Shown here in pieces: positions 23,650-37,100 of a stretch of DNA of 64,000 bases (position 1 is its first letter; each line of letters begins with the position of its first letter). Below the pieces are notes generated by a model. The model did no database searches. It had not been told where the DNA came from and saw nothing but the letters and a program-made list of their open reading frames with translations. Source of the stretch: Rhynchopus sp. YZ270_cl-10 (taxonomy: Eukaryota); assembly GCA_964035575.1 (NCBI GenBank), contig OZ037843.1, positions 310,001 through 374,000 on the forward strand. The letters are read 5' to 3'. The translations under genes and the position numbers were made by a program.

Positions 23650-26600
23650 TCAGTGCAGCATTTCTCTGTCCTCAAGACACACTGCCTCACCTTCAAGGTC
23701 TTCAGGCAGCAGTGCAGTGTTGTAGAAGCGCTCGGTCGGTGTGCCCTTCTGTGCCTGTCTGCAGAAGAACACCGCCACCCCAACAGCAAGCAGCAGACAC
23801 GTGCCCAGTGCTGCAATCACCACCCACGCTGCTGTGCTCAGCAGCGGTGTGTCCGCCTCCACTTCCGGCACAGGTGTGGGCAGCAGCGCACCTGCAGGCA
23901 GGGATGTGCCACGTGGCGGTGCTGGTGTGTGCGGCACAGGCTGCGCTGACACATGTGGCCCTGAAGGTGATGATGATGCAGATGCAGACGATGTGGGTGC
24001 AGGTGTCTCAGTGGCAGACGTCAGCGGTGCTTCTGGTGCTTCTGTCGCAGGTGACCCTGTTGCTGGCAGTGGTGCAGACGTTCCATTTGCTGTGTTTGGT
24101 GTATCAGGTGCAGGCGTCAGTGGCGCTGTGTCTGGTGCACGAGTCACAGGTACACTTGTCTCAGGTGCAGGCGTCAGTGGCGTTTGTGGAACAGGTGAGT
24201 CAGACACAGGTGCACGAGTCTCAAGTGCATTGGGTGGCGATTCAGTCACAGGTGCTAGTAACGGGTACAGTTGTCTCAGGTGTAGGTGTCAGTGGCGTTT
24301 GTGGAACAGGTGAGTCAGACACAGGTGCACGAGTCTCAGGTGCATTGGGTGGCGATTCAGTCACAGGTGCACGTGTCAGTGGCGATTCTGTGAGTGGCAC
24401 GTGTGTCGGAGGTGCAGGAGTCAGTGGCACTTCAGTCACAGGTGCGCTTGTCAGTGGCGACTCCGTCACTGGTGCATGAGTCAGTGGCGATTCTGTCTCA
24501 CCTGCTTCTGTCTGGGGCACTTGCGTCACTGGTGCATTGGACAGTGGTGACTGTGTCCCAAGTGTTCCTGTCTGCGGTGCTTGTGTCACTTCAGGCATCG
24601 ACGACGGCAGCGCTGTCTCTGGCACTGGTGTGTAGATCGCTGGGATGTCTGTCGGCACACCACCGTTGCAGCTCCACCCAAACACGAGTCGGAACGCGTA
24701 ACCCGGCACGTACCACGCACTGTCATTCACTGTGATGTTGAAGAGGCCACTGTTCGCGAAGTCGGCAGTCATGTTTGTTGACGGGACGAAGTGGGATGTC
24801 GTCGGTGGCACTGTTGCGCTGTACACCTCTTTGCCTGTGCTGTCCACCATTGTCACACTTGAATAGTCTTCAAAAAACTGCAGCCACGCTGCCACCGACA
24901 GTACACCATAACATTGCATAACCCAGGAGAGACGTCTGCCCCCACTTACCATCGATCCAAGCGACCTGCTGTATGTGCCACTGTCACCCAGGGTAAGACA
25001 CTCTGACGCATTCGTGCCTGGTGCAGGTGCAATCACAGGTGCCTCCTCACACGTCCAGGTCATGCTAAGCCTCCCTGCACCTTTAGGGTAGTTTGTCCGC
25101 CAGGTGACAAAACGCAACACCATGTTTCCATCAGCAGGGTAGCTCACATTGTAGTCTCCAGTATTTGACAGAGTGTCAAGGTTGTAACCGTAGCTGTTCT
25201 CGAGCGTCACCCATTCGGTCTGAAAGGCGAGATAAAAGTCGAACCCGACGTGCAGTGTGCCCGTGCACGAGAGGTACCAACACGCAGTTGTGGGCCCGGT
25301 ATACATATTTTGATAGACAAGCGACCTGCCAACCCGGTCCTCGAGGTCAGTGCACGACGCAATGGGCACAGGGGTGGGCGGTACCCTCGTCTCCGGAACA
25401 GCAGTGCTCGGTGCGTAAGGCAGTGCAGGGCTCGCCGCGTCACACGCCCAAGACATGAGGAGAACGTCGTCCGACAACCCCGTGCTGTGCACAACATGCA
25501 TCTGAAAGACACCCCCAGCAGGATACGTCCTGCTTGTGTTGATCATCGAACCCCCCGTCCCGTTCGCAAAGAACACCTCCCGGCCAGTTCCGTCCAAAAA
25601 GGTCACATTCGTGTCATGTGTGGGCTGCACTTCCAACGCCACAGAAAACGTCCCGAGACACTGCACAGCAAAGCAGTGTGATGCAGTTGCAAATAAGACC
25701 CGGCGGTAGGTGCCGACAGGTGCCAGGGTCAGGCACTCTGCACTGTTGATGCCTGGTGCAGGTGGTGGCACTGGACCTGCTTCGCACGTCCAGTCAAAGC
25801 TGACTTGGACAGTCACATAGCGCGCGTACTTCACCAAGGACAGTGTCAGCAAGCCGTCAGCAGGGTAGCTCGTCGCCAGTCGTCTTGTGTTCACCTCCAG
25901 CTCCATGAGCTCGTACCCGTCTGCATTGAGGAGCGTCAGTGCTGCAATATCATCGTAGAACGCAACAAATAAGGGCACATTGACGTGCACAGTCCCCTTG
26001 CACTGCACTGTCCAACACTGCGACTCTGCAAATGAGCCCACCATCGGTGCTTCCAATGCAATACACGGTGCTGTTGGTGCAGGTGTGTCAGGTGTGTCAG
26101 ATGCAGGTGTGTCAGGTGCACCTGTCAGAGGTGCTGATGTCCCACCGCCAATTGCAGGAAGCACAGGTGCAGCAGCGTTGCACCCCCACGCAAGAGCAAA
26201 GTAAGCATCCCGGTAGTAGTTCCACATGGGGGGCACGACGTGCACGAGCATGTTTCCGTCGCTTGCATAACTCCCGACAGTCCTGGCCGTCTCAGTGATG
26301 TGTTCCAGTGCGGTGCCGTCACTTCCCTCAACTGTGATGTTAAGGCCGTAGCCTGGCTCGAAATTCTCGACAACGTCCATGTCCAGGTCAATGACACCTC
26401 TGCACGGGATGACGAGACAGCTGTCACCACCCCCCGTTAGAGGCATGCTGTACGTCCCGACAGCGTCCAGTGTGAGACACGTCGCACTGTCGATGCCAGG
26501 GGCAGGCAGGGTGACTGCACCTGGCGTGCATGTGTAGTCAATTCTGAAGGAAGTGTCCGTGGCTGGGATCTCGAAAAAGTAGCGAAACGTCATGACCCCG

Positions 26601-26965
26601 TCTGCAGGGTAGCTTGCGACGTAGCTGTACGCATTGCTCGAGTGATAGGCGTCAGGGCTCGACAACGCAGCCAGCCGATACCCTGCAGAGTTCTCGAGGG
26701 TCAGCAGATCGATGTTCGCGACTTTCATCGTGTACGACACATTCAATGTCCCATAGCACGTATACTGCCAGCACGGGTTGACCATTTGATCAACGATCTT
26801 CATCGAAGTAAACGGAGAGGGTGGCAGGGATGTGCAAGGTGCCGCCGGTGGTGTCTGTGTCGCCGGAGCCCGTGTGGGCGGTGCGATAGTCGGCGGGTCT
26901 GATGGGAGCACAACTGTTGCAGACACGGCACACATTAGAAGCAAGCTGCACAGCCGCAGCAGCAT
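23650..26965 (-). pseudogene. Surface protein array copy 1, frameshifted (2-bp deletion in the mucin stalk)
   Basis: ORFs 24242..26965 and 23650..24249 are in different frames. The sequence at ~24248-24260 reads ACAGGTGCTAG versus ACAGGTGTGCTAG in paralogs. An assembly error is possible. Confidence 0.75.
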
Positions 26966-28706
26966 TGTGTGGTTGTTGTTTCTTTTGAGAGGTGGAAGTA
27001 CCTGGGTCGTGGTGGTTGTGTTGTGGACAGGGGTGGAAACAAGAGTGGAAATAACCAAATGCAAGTCGTGTCATTTTATTGTGAATTTTCTTAAGAATTT
27101 TGACTCAGTTTACACAAAGGGTGGTGGTAAACGAAGTGTGACCTGAAATCCAACATCCCGCTCGTGAACAGTATACCTTGCCTTGGTACAAATGACCGGT
27201 GCGCCGGGGGTGGACCCCAACTGTGCAGTGCTACATCCATTTCGTGGTTGACAGATAGTTGTGCGCCAGGAGTGGAAACAAAAAACACGAGTAAAATAAC
27301 TGAAAACGAAGCGGGTGTCATTTTATTATCAGTTTTTCCCTCAAGAATCTTGGTTCAGTTCACAGAAGGTGAATGCCCCGCATGCGCAACAAAACCTTGC
27401 AGCCCTTCTAATGCCACACAGATTAATGATAAAACGTGGTTTCAAGAATGTCATGCATTCATTTAACATGCTCAGTGTAACGCACAGGCGTAGAAAAATG
27501 TTACTGTGCAAAGGCAAAGGCAAAAAGCAAATACAACAGTAACACGTTCCTCCGGCGTAATTTGTTGAGCAAAAAAAATCTGCAACATACATAAAAGCAG
27601 CAAAAGAATCAAGAAACCTATGAGCGAGCATCTGAGGAGAACAGACAGAGATGAAGCTAATGTGTGACAGGTTCGTCACACGAACGCTTGCAATACACAG
27701 ACTCTTCAAGACGAACCAACAAACAAATGCAAGTGCCCACATGTTACAAAAGGGCGTCACATAAATAAAATAGTGAAACAGATACCATCACTAAGCTCGC
27801 AAAAAAGGGGTGGGAAAAGGAACAAATCGTACTGGTAAAAATGTGCCTCTCCTGCTCACATCTTTAAGGAAAAATCAAAAGAAACTTTGAAAGATGAATG
27901 TGCTGTATTACCTGCACACATCTTTTCAAAATAAATTACAGTCTTGAAAGCGTTGCCGATGATCTCAAGACACACAGCTGTGTCGTCACCACCACATACA
28001 AGACAAGAAACGAACAAAAATAAACAATTCGAAAAACACACGTGTGTGGCCCGCACCCCCGTTGCCACGTTTCTGCAAGGGGGTGCTCATCCCACACACA
28101 CACAACCTATACATGTTGTAACACTGACACATAAGTTTCTTTTGCGACAGTTGCTCTGCGCACCTGATGGTGAATAAAGCATGGCATGATAGTAGCACGT
28201 AGAACGGAGGGGACTTCGCCCAAACACAGACAGCGACCATGTGGTCATGGTGGCAGGGGCGAACAACATGGGGAAGCAGTCGTCAAGAATGCTTCAGGGA
28301 GGGGTGTCATATTGCTTGTGAACAACATGACAACAATAAAACAGTCAATTATATTTTTCTTTCCTTCAAAACTTCACACACAACGCTTTGGTTTTTGAGA
28401 GACCCACAAGGTGCCGGGTTCTATGATGTGCACAGAATCACCCTGCACCTGTTTGTCATATCTTTTCCTGTGCAATACATGGAGAAACGTTTCGCACTCG
28501 AAAGGGTAATATTGTCACATTGTAAAGCTTCTTGATAAAAGTAGTGAACACAAAAACCAACTCGTGTGGAAGAAAAAAGAAAAGGAAATATATTTCTCTG
28601 ATTGAAAGTGGTGTTTATGTTTTGGGTACGGGGTGGAGGGTAAAATCTGTTTGATAAAGGAATGTTTTATCTTGTTCAGTTTAAGAAAAATGCCCTCCTG
28701 AAACTA

Positions 28707-29101
28707 CCGTAATCGTAAAAATTCTGGGGCGTAAAAATGTCCCAAGTTTCAGATTTTCCCCCAATTGTCCAAGTTTTGTTACGTCCCAGAATTGTTCGGG
28801 CGGTTTTCCGGGTACTTGTCAATTTTTTGGGGGTGTGGGTGGTGGGGTGCGGCTGGTTCGCGGAGGGATCATAACCGGCCCAAGTATGTATATTTTTTTT
28901 TGTTTGTTGGACATGTTTGGGTTTGCACCGAAGTGCATGGGTGAGGGAGGGGGCAAGGTCACACAGACAATTCTGGGACGTAAATATTCTGGGACGTAAA
29001 AATGTCCCAAGTTTAAAAAAGTCCAAAATGTCCCAGTTTTGTTACGTCCCAGAATATTTACGTCCCAAAAATTTTACGCCCCAGAATTCTTACGATTATG
29101 G
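28707..29101. mobile_element. Tc1/mariner(pogo)-type MITE
   Basis: ~30-bp TIR CC(G/A)TAATCGTAA(A/G)AATTCTGGGGCGTAAAA with a TA TSD; the empty site AAACTATTTA is in the paralogous spacer at ~23500. Confidence 0.92.
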
Positions 29102-29249
29102 TATTTAAGTTTTATGAGATAAAGGATACGGGATGGGGTTATGGGATGGGTTAAGATGGTTAAGTTACTCTTTTCAAAATGCCAACTTTGAAGTCAACAA
29201 CAACAACAAAAACAAAGGCAGCTGGCACTTCACAAAGCTGTGACACCGT

Positions 29250-32200
29250 TCACCAGCTCAACTCGTCTCTGTCCTCAAGACACACTGCCTCACCTTCAAG
29301 GTCTTCAGGCAGCAGTGCAGTGTTGTAGAAGCGCTCGGTCGGTGTGCCCTTCTGTGCCTGTCTGCAGAAGAACACCGCCACCCCAACAGCAAGCAGCAGA
29401 CACGTGCCCAGTGCTGCAATCACCACCCACGCTGCTGTGCTCAGCAGCGGTGTGTCCGCCTCCACTTCCGGCACAGGTGTGGGCAGCAGCGCACCTGCAG
29501 GCAGGGATGTGCCACGTGGCGGTGCTGGTGTGTGCGGCACAGGCTGCGCTGACACATGTGGCCCTGAAGGTGATGATGATGCAGATGCAGACGATGTGGG
29601 TGCAGGTGTCTCAGTGGCAGACGTCAGCGGTGCTTCTGGTGCTTCTGTCGCAGGTGACCCTGTTGCTGGCAGTGGTGCAGACGTTCCATTTGCTGTGTCT
29701 GGTGCACGAGTAACAGGTGCACTTGTCTCAGGTGCAGGCGTCAGTGGCGATTCAGTAACAGGTGTGCCAGTAACGGGTGCAATCGTCTCAGGTGTATTGG
29801 GTGGCGATTCAGTCACAGGTGCGCTTGTCAGTGGCGACTCCGTCACTGGTGCATGAGTCAGTGGCGATTCTGTCTCACCTGCTTCTGTCTGGGGCACTTG
29901 CGTCACTGGTGCATTGGACAGTGGTGACTGTGTCCCAAGTGTTCCTGTCTGCGGTGCTTGTGTCACTTCAGGCATCGACGACGGCAGCGCTGTCTCTGGC
30001 ACTGGTGTGTAGATCGCTGGGATGTCTGTCGGCACAACACCGTTGCAGCTCCACCCAAACACGAGTCGGAACTGGGAACCCGGCACGTACCACGCACTGT
30101 TGTTCACTGTGATGTTGAAGAGGCCACTGTTCGCGAAGTCTGCAGTCATATTTGTTGACGGGACGATGCGGTAATCCGTGGATATCCCCGCTGGCCCTGT
30201 TGCGCTGTACACCTCTTTGCCTGTGCTGTCCACCATTGTCACACGTGACCAGTCTTCAAAAACCTGCAGCCACGCTGCCACCGACAGTACACCATAACAC
30301 TGTATAGCCCAGGAGAGACGTCTGCCCCCACTTACCATCGATCCAAGCGACCTGCTGTATGTGCCACTGTCACCCAGGGTAAGACACTCTGACGCATTCG
30401 TGCCTGGTGCAGGTGGAAGCACAGGTGCCTCCTCACACGTCCAGGCCAAGCTAAACCTTCCTGTGTTGTAGTACGTTGAGACCCTCTGCACGCTGGCAAA
30501 ACGCAACACCATGTTCCCATCAGCAGGGTAGCTCGCTCGGTAGCGCCTTGTGCCTGTCAGAGTGTCAAGGTTGTAACCGTAGCTGTTCTCGAGCGTCACC
30601 TCTTCGCTCAGAGAGGTGACACTAAGGTTGAACTCGACGTGCAGTGTGCCCATGCACGAGAGGAACCAACACGCATTTGTAGGCCCGTCAGACCAACTAG
30701 CTTGATAGGCAAGCGACCTGTCGACACGGTCCCCCAGGTCGGAGCACGGCGCAATGGGCATAGGGGTGGGCGGCACCATCGTCTCCGGAACAGCAGTGCT
30801 CGGTGCGTAAGGCAGTGCAGGGCTCGCCGCGTCACACGCCCAAGACATGAGGAGAACGTCGTCCGACCACATATGATGCACAACATGCATCTGAAAGACA
30901 CCCCCAGCAGGATACGTCCTGCTTGTGTTGATCATCGAACCCCCCGTCCCGTTCGCAAAGAACACCTCCCGGCCAGTTCCGTCCAAAAAGGTCACATTCG
31001 TGTCATGTGTGGGCTGCACTTCCAACGCCACAGCAAGCGTCCCGAGACACTGCACAGCAAAGCAGTGTGATGCAATTGCAAATAAGACCCGGCGGTAGGT
31101 GCCGACAGGTGCCAGGGTCAGGCACTCTGCACTGTTGATGCCTGGTGCAGGTGGTGGCACTGGACCTGCTTCGCACGTCCAGTCAAAGGTGAAAATCCGT
31201 TTCGCATCTCCGTACTTCACCACCGAGGACAGTGTCAGCAAGCCGTCAGCAGGGTAGCTCGTCACCAGGTGTTTTGTGCCCACCCCCAGCTCCATGAGCT
31301 CGTACCCGTCTGCGTTGAGGAGCCTCAGTGCTGCAGAAGGACGGTATAACACATCAAGGGACACATTGACGTGCAGAGTCCCCCTGCACTGCACTGTCCA
31401 ACACTGCTACTCTTCAAATGAGCCCACCAGCGGTGCTTCCAATGCAACACACGGTGCTGTTGGTGCAGGTGTGTCAGGTGCACCTGTCAGAGGTGCTGAT
31501 GTCCCACCGCCAATTGCAGGAAGCACAGGTGCAGCAGCGTTGCACCCCCACGCAAGAGCAAAGTAAGCATCCCGGTAGTAGTTCCACATGGGGGGCACGA
31601 CGTGCACGAGCATGTTTCCGTCGCTTGCATAACTCCCGACAGTCCTGGCCGTCTCAGTGATGTGTTCCAGTGCGGTGCCGTCACTTCCCTCAACTGTGAT
31701 GTTAAGGCCGTAGCCTGGCTCGAAATTCTCAACAACGTCCATGTCCAGGTCAATGACACCTCTGCACGGGATGACGAGACAGCTGTCACCACCCCCCGTT
31801 AGAGGCATGCTGTACGTCCCGACAGCGTCCAGTGTGAGACACGTCGCACTGTCGACGCCAGGTGCAGGCAGGGTGACTGCACCTGGCGTGCATGTGTAGT
31901 CAATCCTGAAGGCAATGTCCGTGGCTGGGCCCTCGTAAGTGTAGCGAAACGTCATGACCCCGTCTGCAGGGTAGCTTGCGACGTAGCTGGACGCATCCCT
32001 CGTGGAGTAATAACTGTCAATGCCCTTCAGCGCAGCCAGCCGGTACCCTGCAGAGTTCTCGAGGCTCAGCAGATCGGCGTTCCCGCTTTTCATCGTGAAC
32101 TCCACGTGCAATGTACCATGGCACGTGAACTGCCAGCACGCGTTGCCCAGTCTAGTTACGATCGCATACGCAAACGGAGAGGGTGGCAGGGATGTGCAAG

Positions 32201-32327
32201 GTGCCGCCGGTGGTGTCTGTGTCGCCGGAGCCCGTGTGGGCGGTGCGATAGTCGGCGGGTCTGATGGGAGCACAACTGTTGCAGACACGGCACACAGCAG
32301 AAGCAAACTGCACAGCCGCAGCAGCAT
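29250..32327 (-). pseudogene. Surface protein array copy 2, with in-frame TAG
   Basis: ORFs 31407..32327 and 29250..31394 are in the same frame. TAG at 31407-31409 replaces the TCG (Ser) of copy 1 (FAESQCW vs FEE*QCW). Confidence 0.8.
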
Positions 32328-34163
32328 TGTGTGGTTGTTGTTTCTTTTGAGAGGTGGAAGTACCTGGGTCGTGGTGGTTGTGTTGTGGACAGGGGTGGAA
32401 ACAAGAGTGGAAATAACCAAATGCAAGTCGTGTCATTTTATTGTGAATTTTCTTAAGAACTTCAACTCAGTTTACACAAAGGGTGAATGTCCCACACTCG
32501 TCTGCATTCGCAAGAAAGACTGCATTGCAATGCCAGACAGCTTCGCCTCTGATGTCATGCAGGCAATTATGGTATTCCTCGTGAAAGCAAACAAAAGTAT
32601 TCCGGGTGAATCTCTTGAATAAAAAACCTGTGATGTGGAAAACAACACAGCACAAGAATCAAGAATCAAGAGACACACAAAGAATATGAGGGGACAAGGA
32701 AAGGAACCGGTATATTGTGACATTGTTCATCTCACGAACATACATGTTCTTCAAAGGTAAACTAAAAACAAACGTAAAATTCAAATTCAAATTCAGATTC
32801 AGATTTGTGAAAATAGCACGACATAATTTAAATAGTGAAGCACAGAAAGGATCACTAAGCTCGCAAGAGGAGTAAACAAAAACAAGAAAAACAAGAAAAA
32901 ACAAACACACACACACACACACACAGTGTGGGTGTTTTGGGCACACAGTCACACATTTTCATTTTCCCCTCTTTTCCTTGGATTCGAAATCAGCACTCCC
33001 GCAACATGGCTGGTGCAATAGTACCAGAGAAGTGCAGTCGCCACCGACTTCCCCCAGACCCTCGTTACACTTTCGAGTTCGAGACGGCAACAAGGCACTC
33101 TGGCACCAATACAGAAACAACACAGAAACAAACAACACAATACGCTGTCACAGATCAGAAAGTATTAGTTTCATATAATTTCAAATCAAAGAAGAGCAAG
33201 TACAAAGGATGTTGTATAGATACACCCAATGTGTTGTGTTGTGTTGTAAAGTGTGGAAAAAGAAGAGGAAAAAAACACAATCGGTTCCGTGCAAAAATCA
33301 AAACTTTAAGCAGTACAAAGTAAACACACACACACATGTGCTATATTTCGGTCTCGGTACTACCCCACTTTCGCCTCCAAACACACACAAAAGTGCTGGT
33401 AAGAATGTAGCTGGCCTACGTTCTTCTCAAAGAGGAAAAGAAAAAAAAAATAGAAAACGACTTCAGGATATGACAGTTAAATGAAATAAAGAAAACACTT
33501 CTTCGTTTATCGCACCGCAAAAAGGTTTGTGTTTTTCACTGATGAGTGCGAGTGATGTAAGTGGAAAACCAATACGCTAAAGCGGGCACGCACCATCCGT
33601 CATTTTCCATTTCTATTCGTCAATGCTTGATAGCACAAGAAAAAAAAACAGGAAAAAGTCTTGAAAACGTTGACGACATTGTGACGTCCACAGCTGTGTG
33701 TCATCATCACCACATACAAGACGAGAAACCAACAAAATAAACAATTCGAAAAACACACGTGTGTGGCCCGCACCCCCATCGCCACGTTTCTGCAAGGGGG
33801 TGCTCATCCCACACAATACACTTTCACAAGGTAACACTGACACATAAGTTTCTTTTGCGACAGTGCTTTTGTGCCGATGGCACGTAAGAGCAACGTAGAA
33901 TGTGGAGGGGACTTCGCCCAACAGCCACCATGTGGTCATGGTGGCAGGGACGAACAACATGGGGAAGCAGTCGTCAAGAATGCTTCAGGGAGGGGTGTCA
34001 CATTGCTTGTGGACAACGTGACAACAATAAAACAGTAAGGTTTAAAACAAATGATGGAATGGATTGTGTGGTGAAGATGCCGTAGTAATATGTGTCTAAT
34101 GGCAACATTGGAAACAACAACAGCAACAAACGCAGCTGGCACTTCACAAAGCTGTGACACCGT

Positions 34164-37100
34164 TTACACGCGCAGCAATTCGCTGTCCTCAAGACACACT
34201 GCCTCACCTTCAAGGCCTTCAGGCAGCAGTGCAGTGTTGTAGAAGCTCTCGGTCGGTGTGCCCTTCTTTGCATGCCTGCAGAAGAACACCGCCACCCCAA
34301 CAGCAAGCAGCAGACACGTGCCCAGTGCTGCAATCACCACCCACGCTGCTGTGCTCAGCAGCTTATCATCTTCGCCCGCCTCCACTTCCGGCACAGGTGT
34401 GGGCAGCAGCGCACCTGCAGGCAGGGATGTGCCACGTGGCGGTGCTGGTGTGTGCGGCACAGGCTGCGCTGACACATGTGGCCCTGAAGGTGATGATGAT
34501 GCAGGTGCAGACGATGTGGGTGCAGGTGTCTCAGTGGCAGACGTCAGCGGTGCTTCTGGTGCTTCTGTCGCAGGTGACCCTGTTGCTGGCAGTGGTGCAG
34601 GCGTTCCATTTGCTGTGTTTGGTGTATCAGGTGCAGGCGTCAGTGGCGCTGTGTCTGGTGCACGAGTCACAGGTACAGTTGTCTCAGGTGCGGGCGTCAG
34701 TGGCGTTTGTGGAACAGGTGCGTCAGACACAGGTGCACGAGTCTCAAGTGCATTGGGTGGCGATTCAGTCACAGGTGTGCTAGGAACGGGTACGGTTGTC
34801 TCAGGTGCAGACGTCGGTAGCGATTTTGTAACAGGTGCGTCAGACACAGGTGAACGAGTCTCACGTGCACTGGGTGGCGATTCAGTAACAGGTGTGCGAA
34901 TAACAGGTGCACCTGTCAGAGGTGCAGGCGTCCGTGGTGGTTCAGTAACAAGTGCATTGGAATCGGGTGCATTGGTCAGTGGCACTTCAGTCACAGGTGT
35001 ACTTGTCAGTGGCGATTCAGTCACAGGTGTACTTGTCAGTGGCGATTCAGTCACAGGTGTACTTGTCAGTGGCGATTCTGTCTCACCTGCTTCTGTCTGG
35101 GGCACTTGCGTCACTGGTGCATTGGACAGTGGTGACTGTGTCCCAAGTGTTCCTGTCTGCGGTGCTTGTGTCACTTCAGGCATCGACGACGGCAGCGCTG
35201 TCTCTGGCACTGGTGTGTAGATCGCTGGGATGTCTGTCGGCAAAACACCGTTGCAGCTCCACCCAAACTCGAATCGGAAGTGGACGCCTGGTTCCCACCT
35301 CCCCTTGTTATTCACTGTGATGTGGAAGAGGCCACTGCTCGCGAAGTCTGCAGTCATGTTTGTTGACACTGCGCTCCTGTCAGTCGGCACCGCTGGCCCT
35401 GTTGCGCTGTACACCTCTTTGCCTGTGCTGTCCACCATTGTCACACGTGACCAGTCTTCGTAAAAGTGCAGCCACGCTGCCACAAACAGCACACCATAAC
35501 ACTGCATAGTCCAGCAGTGAAGTGTGTTCCAGCTTTGGATCGATCCAAGCGACCTGCTGTATGTGCCACTGTCACCCAGGGTAAGACACTCTGATGCATT
35601 CGTGCCTGGTGCAGGTGGAAGCACAGGTGCCTCCTCACACGTCCAGGTCATGTTAAAGGAGCCTGGGGAGAACGTTTGGTACCTCGTCGTGCTGGCAAAA
35701 CGCACGACCATGTTCCCATCAGCAGGGTAGCTCGTTCGGTAGTTTCCCGAGTAGCGTCTCCCATCCATCAGAGTGTCAAGGTTGTAACCGTAGCTGTTCT
35801 CGAGCGCCACCTCTTCGTAGATAGGGTCCAGATCAAGGTCGAAGCTTACGTGCAGCGTGCCTGTGCACGAGAGGTACCAACACTCGGTTGTAGGCTGCCA
35901 GGTCGGAGGAACACGAAAGGAAAAACTGTTACTCACCTGGGTGCACAACGCAATGGGCACAGTGGTGGGCGGCACCATCGTCTCCGGAGCAGCAGTGCTC
36001 GGTGCGAACGAAGGAAGCGGAGCGCTTGTCGCGTCACACGCCCAAGACATGAAGAGATGGTCGTCCGGCCCCCCCGCAGTGTGCACAACATGCATCTGAT
36101 AGACCCCCTGATGCTGCGGCGAGTACGTTCCGTTTGTCTTGATCACCGGACCCCCAGCCGCAAACGTCGCATTGGCCTTGATGCGCAGATCCCCAGTCGG
36201 ATACGTTGCGTCAGCAAAGAGCAGCTGCCAGCCGTGTCCCTCGTAAAGTGAGACATTCGTGTGACATATGTCACCTGTGGGACGCACCTCCACCGACACA
36301 GAAAACGTCCCGAGACACTCCATAGCAAAGCAGTGTGATGCAGGTGCAGATAAGACCCGGTTGTAGGTGCCGACAGGTGCCATGGTCAGGCACTCTGCAC
36401 TGTCGATGCCTGGTGCAGGTGGTGGCACTGGACCTGCTTCGCACGTCCAGTCAAAGGTGAATTGGAAATTCACATTTACGTACTGCGGCAAGGACAGTGT
36501 CAGCAAGCCGTCAGCAGGGAAGCTCGTCACCATATGCTTTGTTGTGTCCACCCCCAGCTCCATGAGCTTGTACCCGTTTGCGTTGACGAGCCTCAGTGCC
36601 ACACCACGGTATTGCACGTCATCAATGGTCGCATTGACATGCACAGTCCCCATGCACTGCACTGTGTAGCAATCAGCCCTCCCGTAATATGTGCTCGCCA
36701 GCGGTGCTTCCAAAGCAACACAAGGTCCTGTTGGTGCAAATACGTAAGGAGCAAGTGTCAGAGGTGCTGATGTCTCACCGCCAATTGCAGGAAGCACAGG
36801 TGCAGCAGCGTTGCACCCCCACGCAAGAGCAAAGAACGCATCAGGAGCCATGCGGTTGCTAGTGGATCCCGCAATGTGCACGAACATGTTCCCATCGCTT
36901 GCATAACTCCCAACAGTCCTGGCCGTCTCAGTGATGTGTTCCAGTGCGGTGCCGTTACTTCCCTCAACTGTGATGTTGAGACTAAACAAATCCGCAACAA
37001 CGTCCATGTCCAGGTCAAGGACGCCGCTGCACGGGATGACGAGACAGCTGTCACCACCCTGCGAAAGAGGCATGCTGTACGTCCCGACAGCGTCCAGTGT

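Noticed and set aside
26966..27064. N-terminal extensions MHLVISTLV... of the array ORFs (and MRLSET... of the GH3)
   Set aside because: They start at non-ATG codons in the ORF track; the downstream ATG directly precedes a signal peptide.
31407..31409. Reassigned TAG codon (alternative genetic code)
   Set aside because: It is a single instance, TAG is the apparent terminator of the P450, and no other gene has in-frame TAGs.
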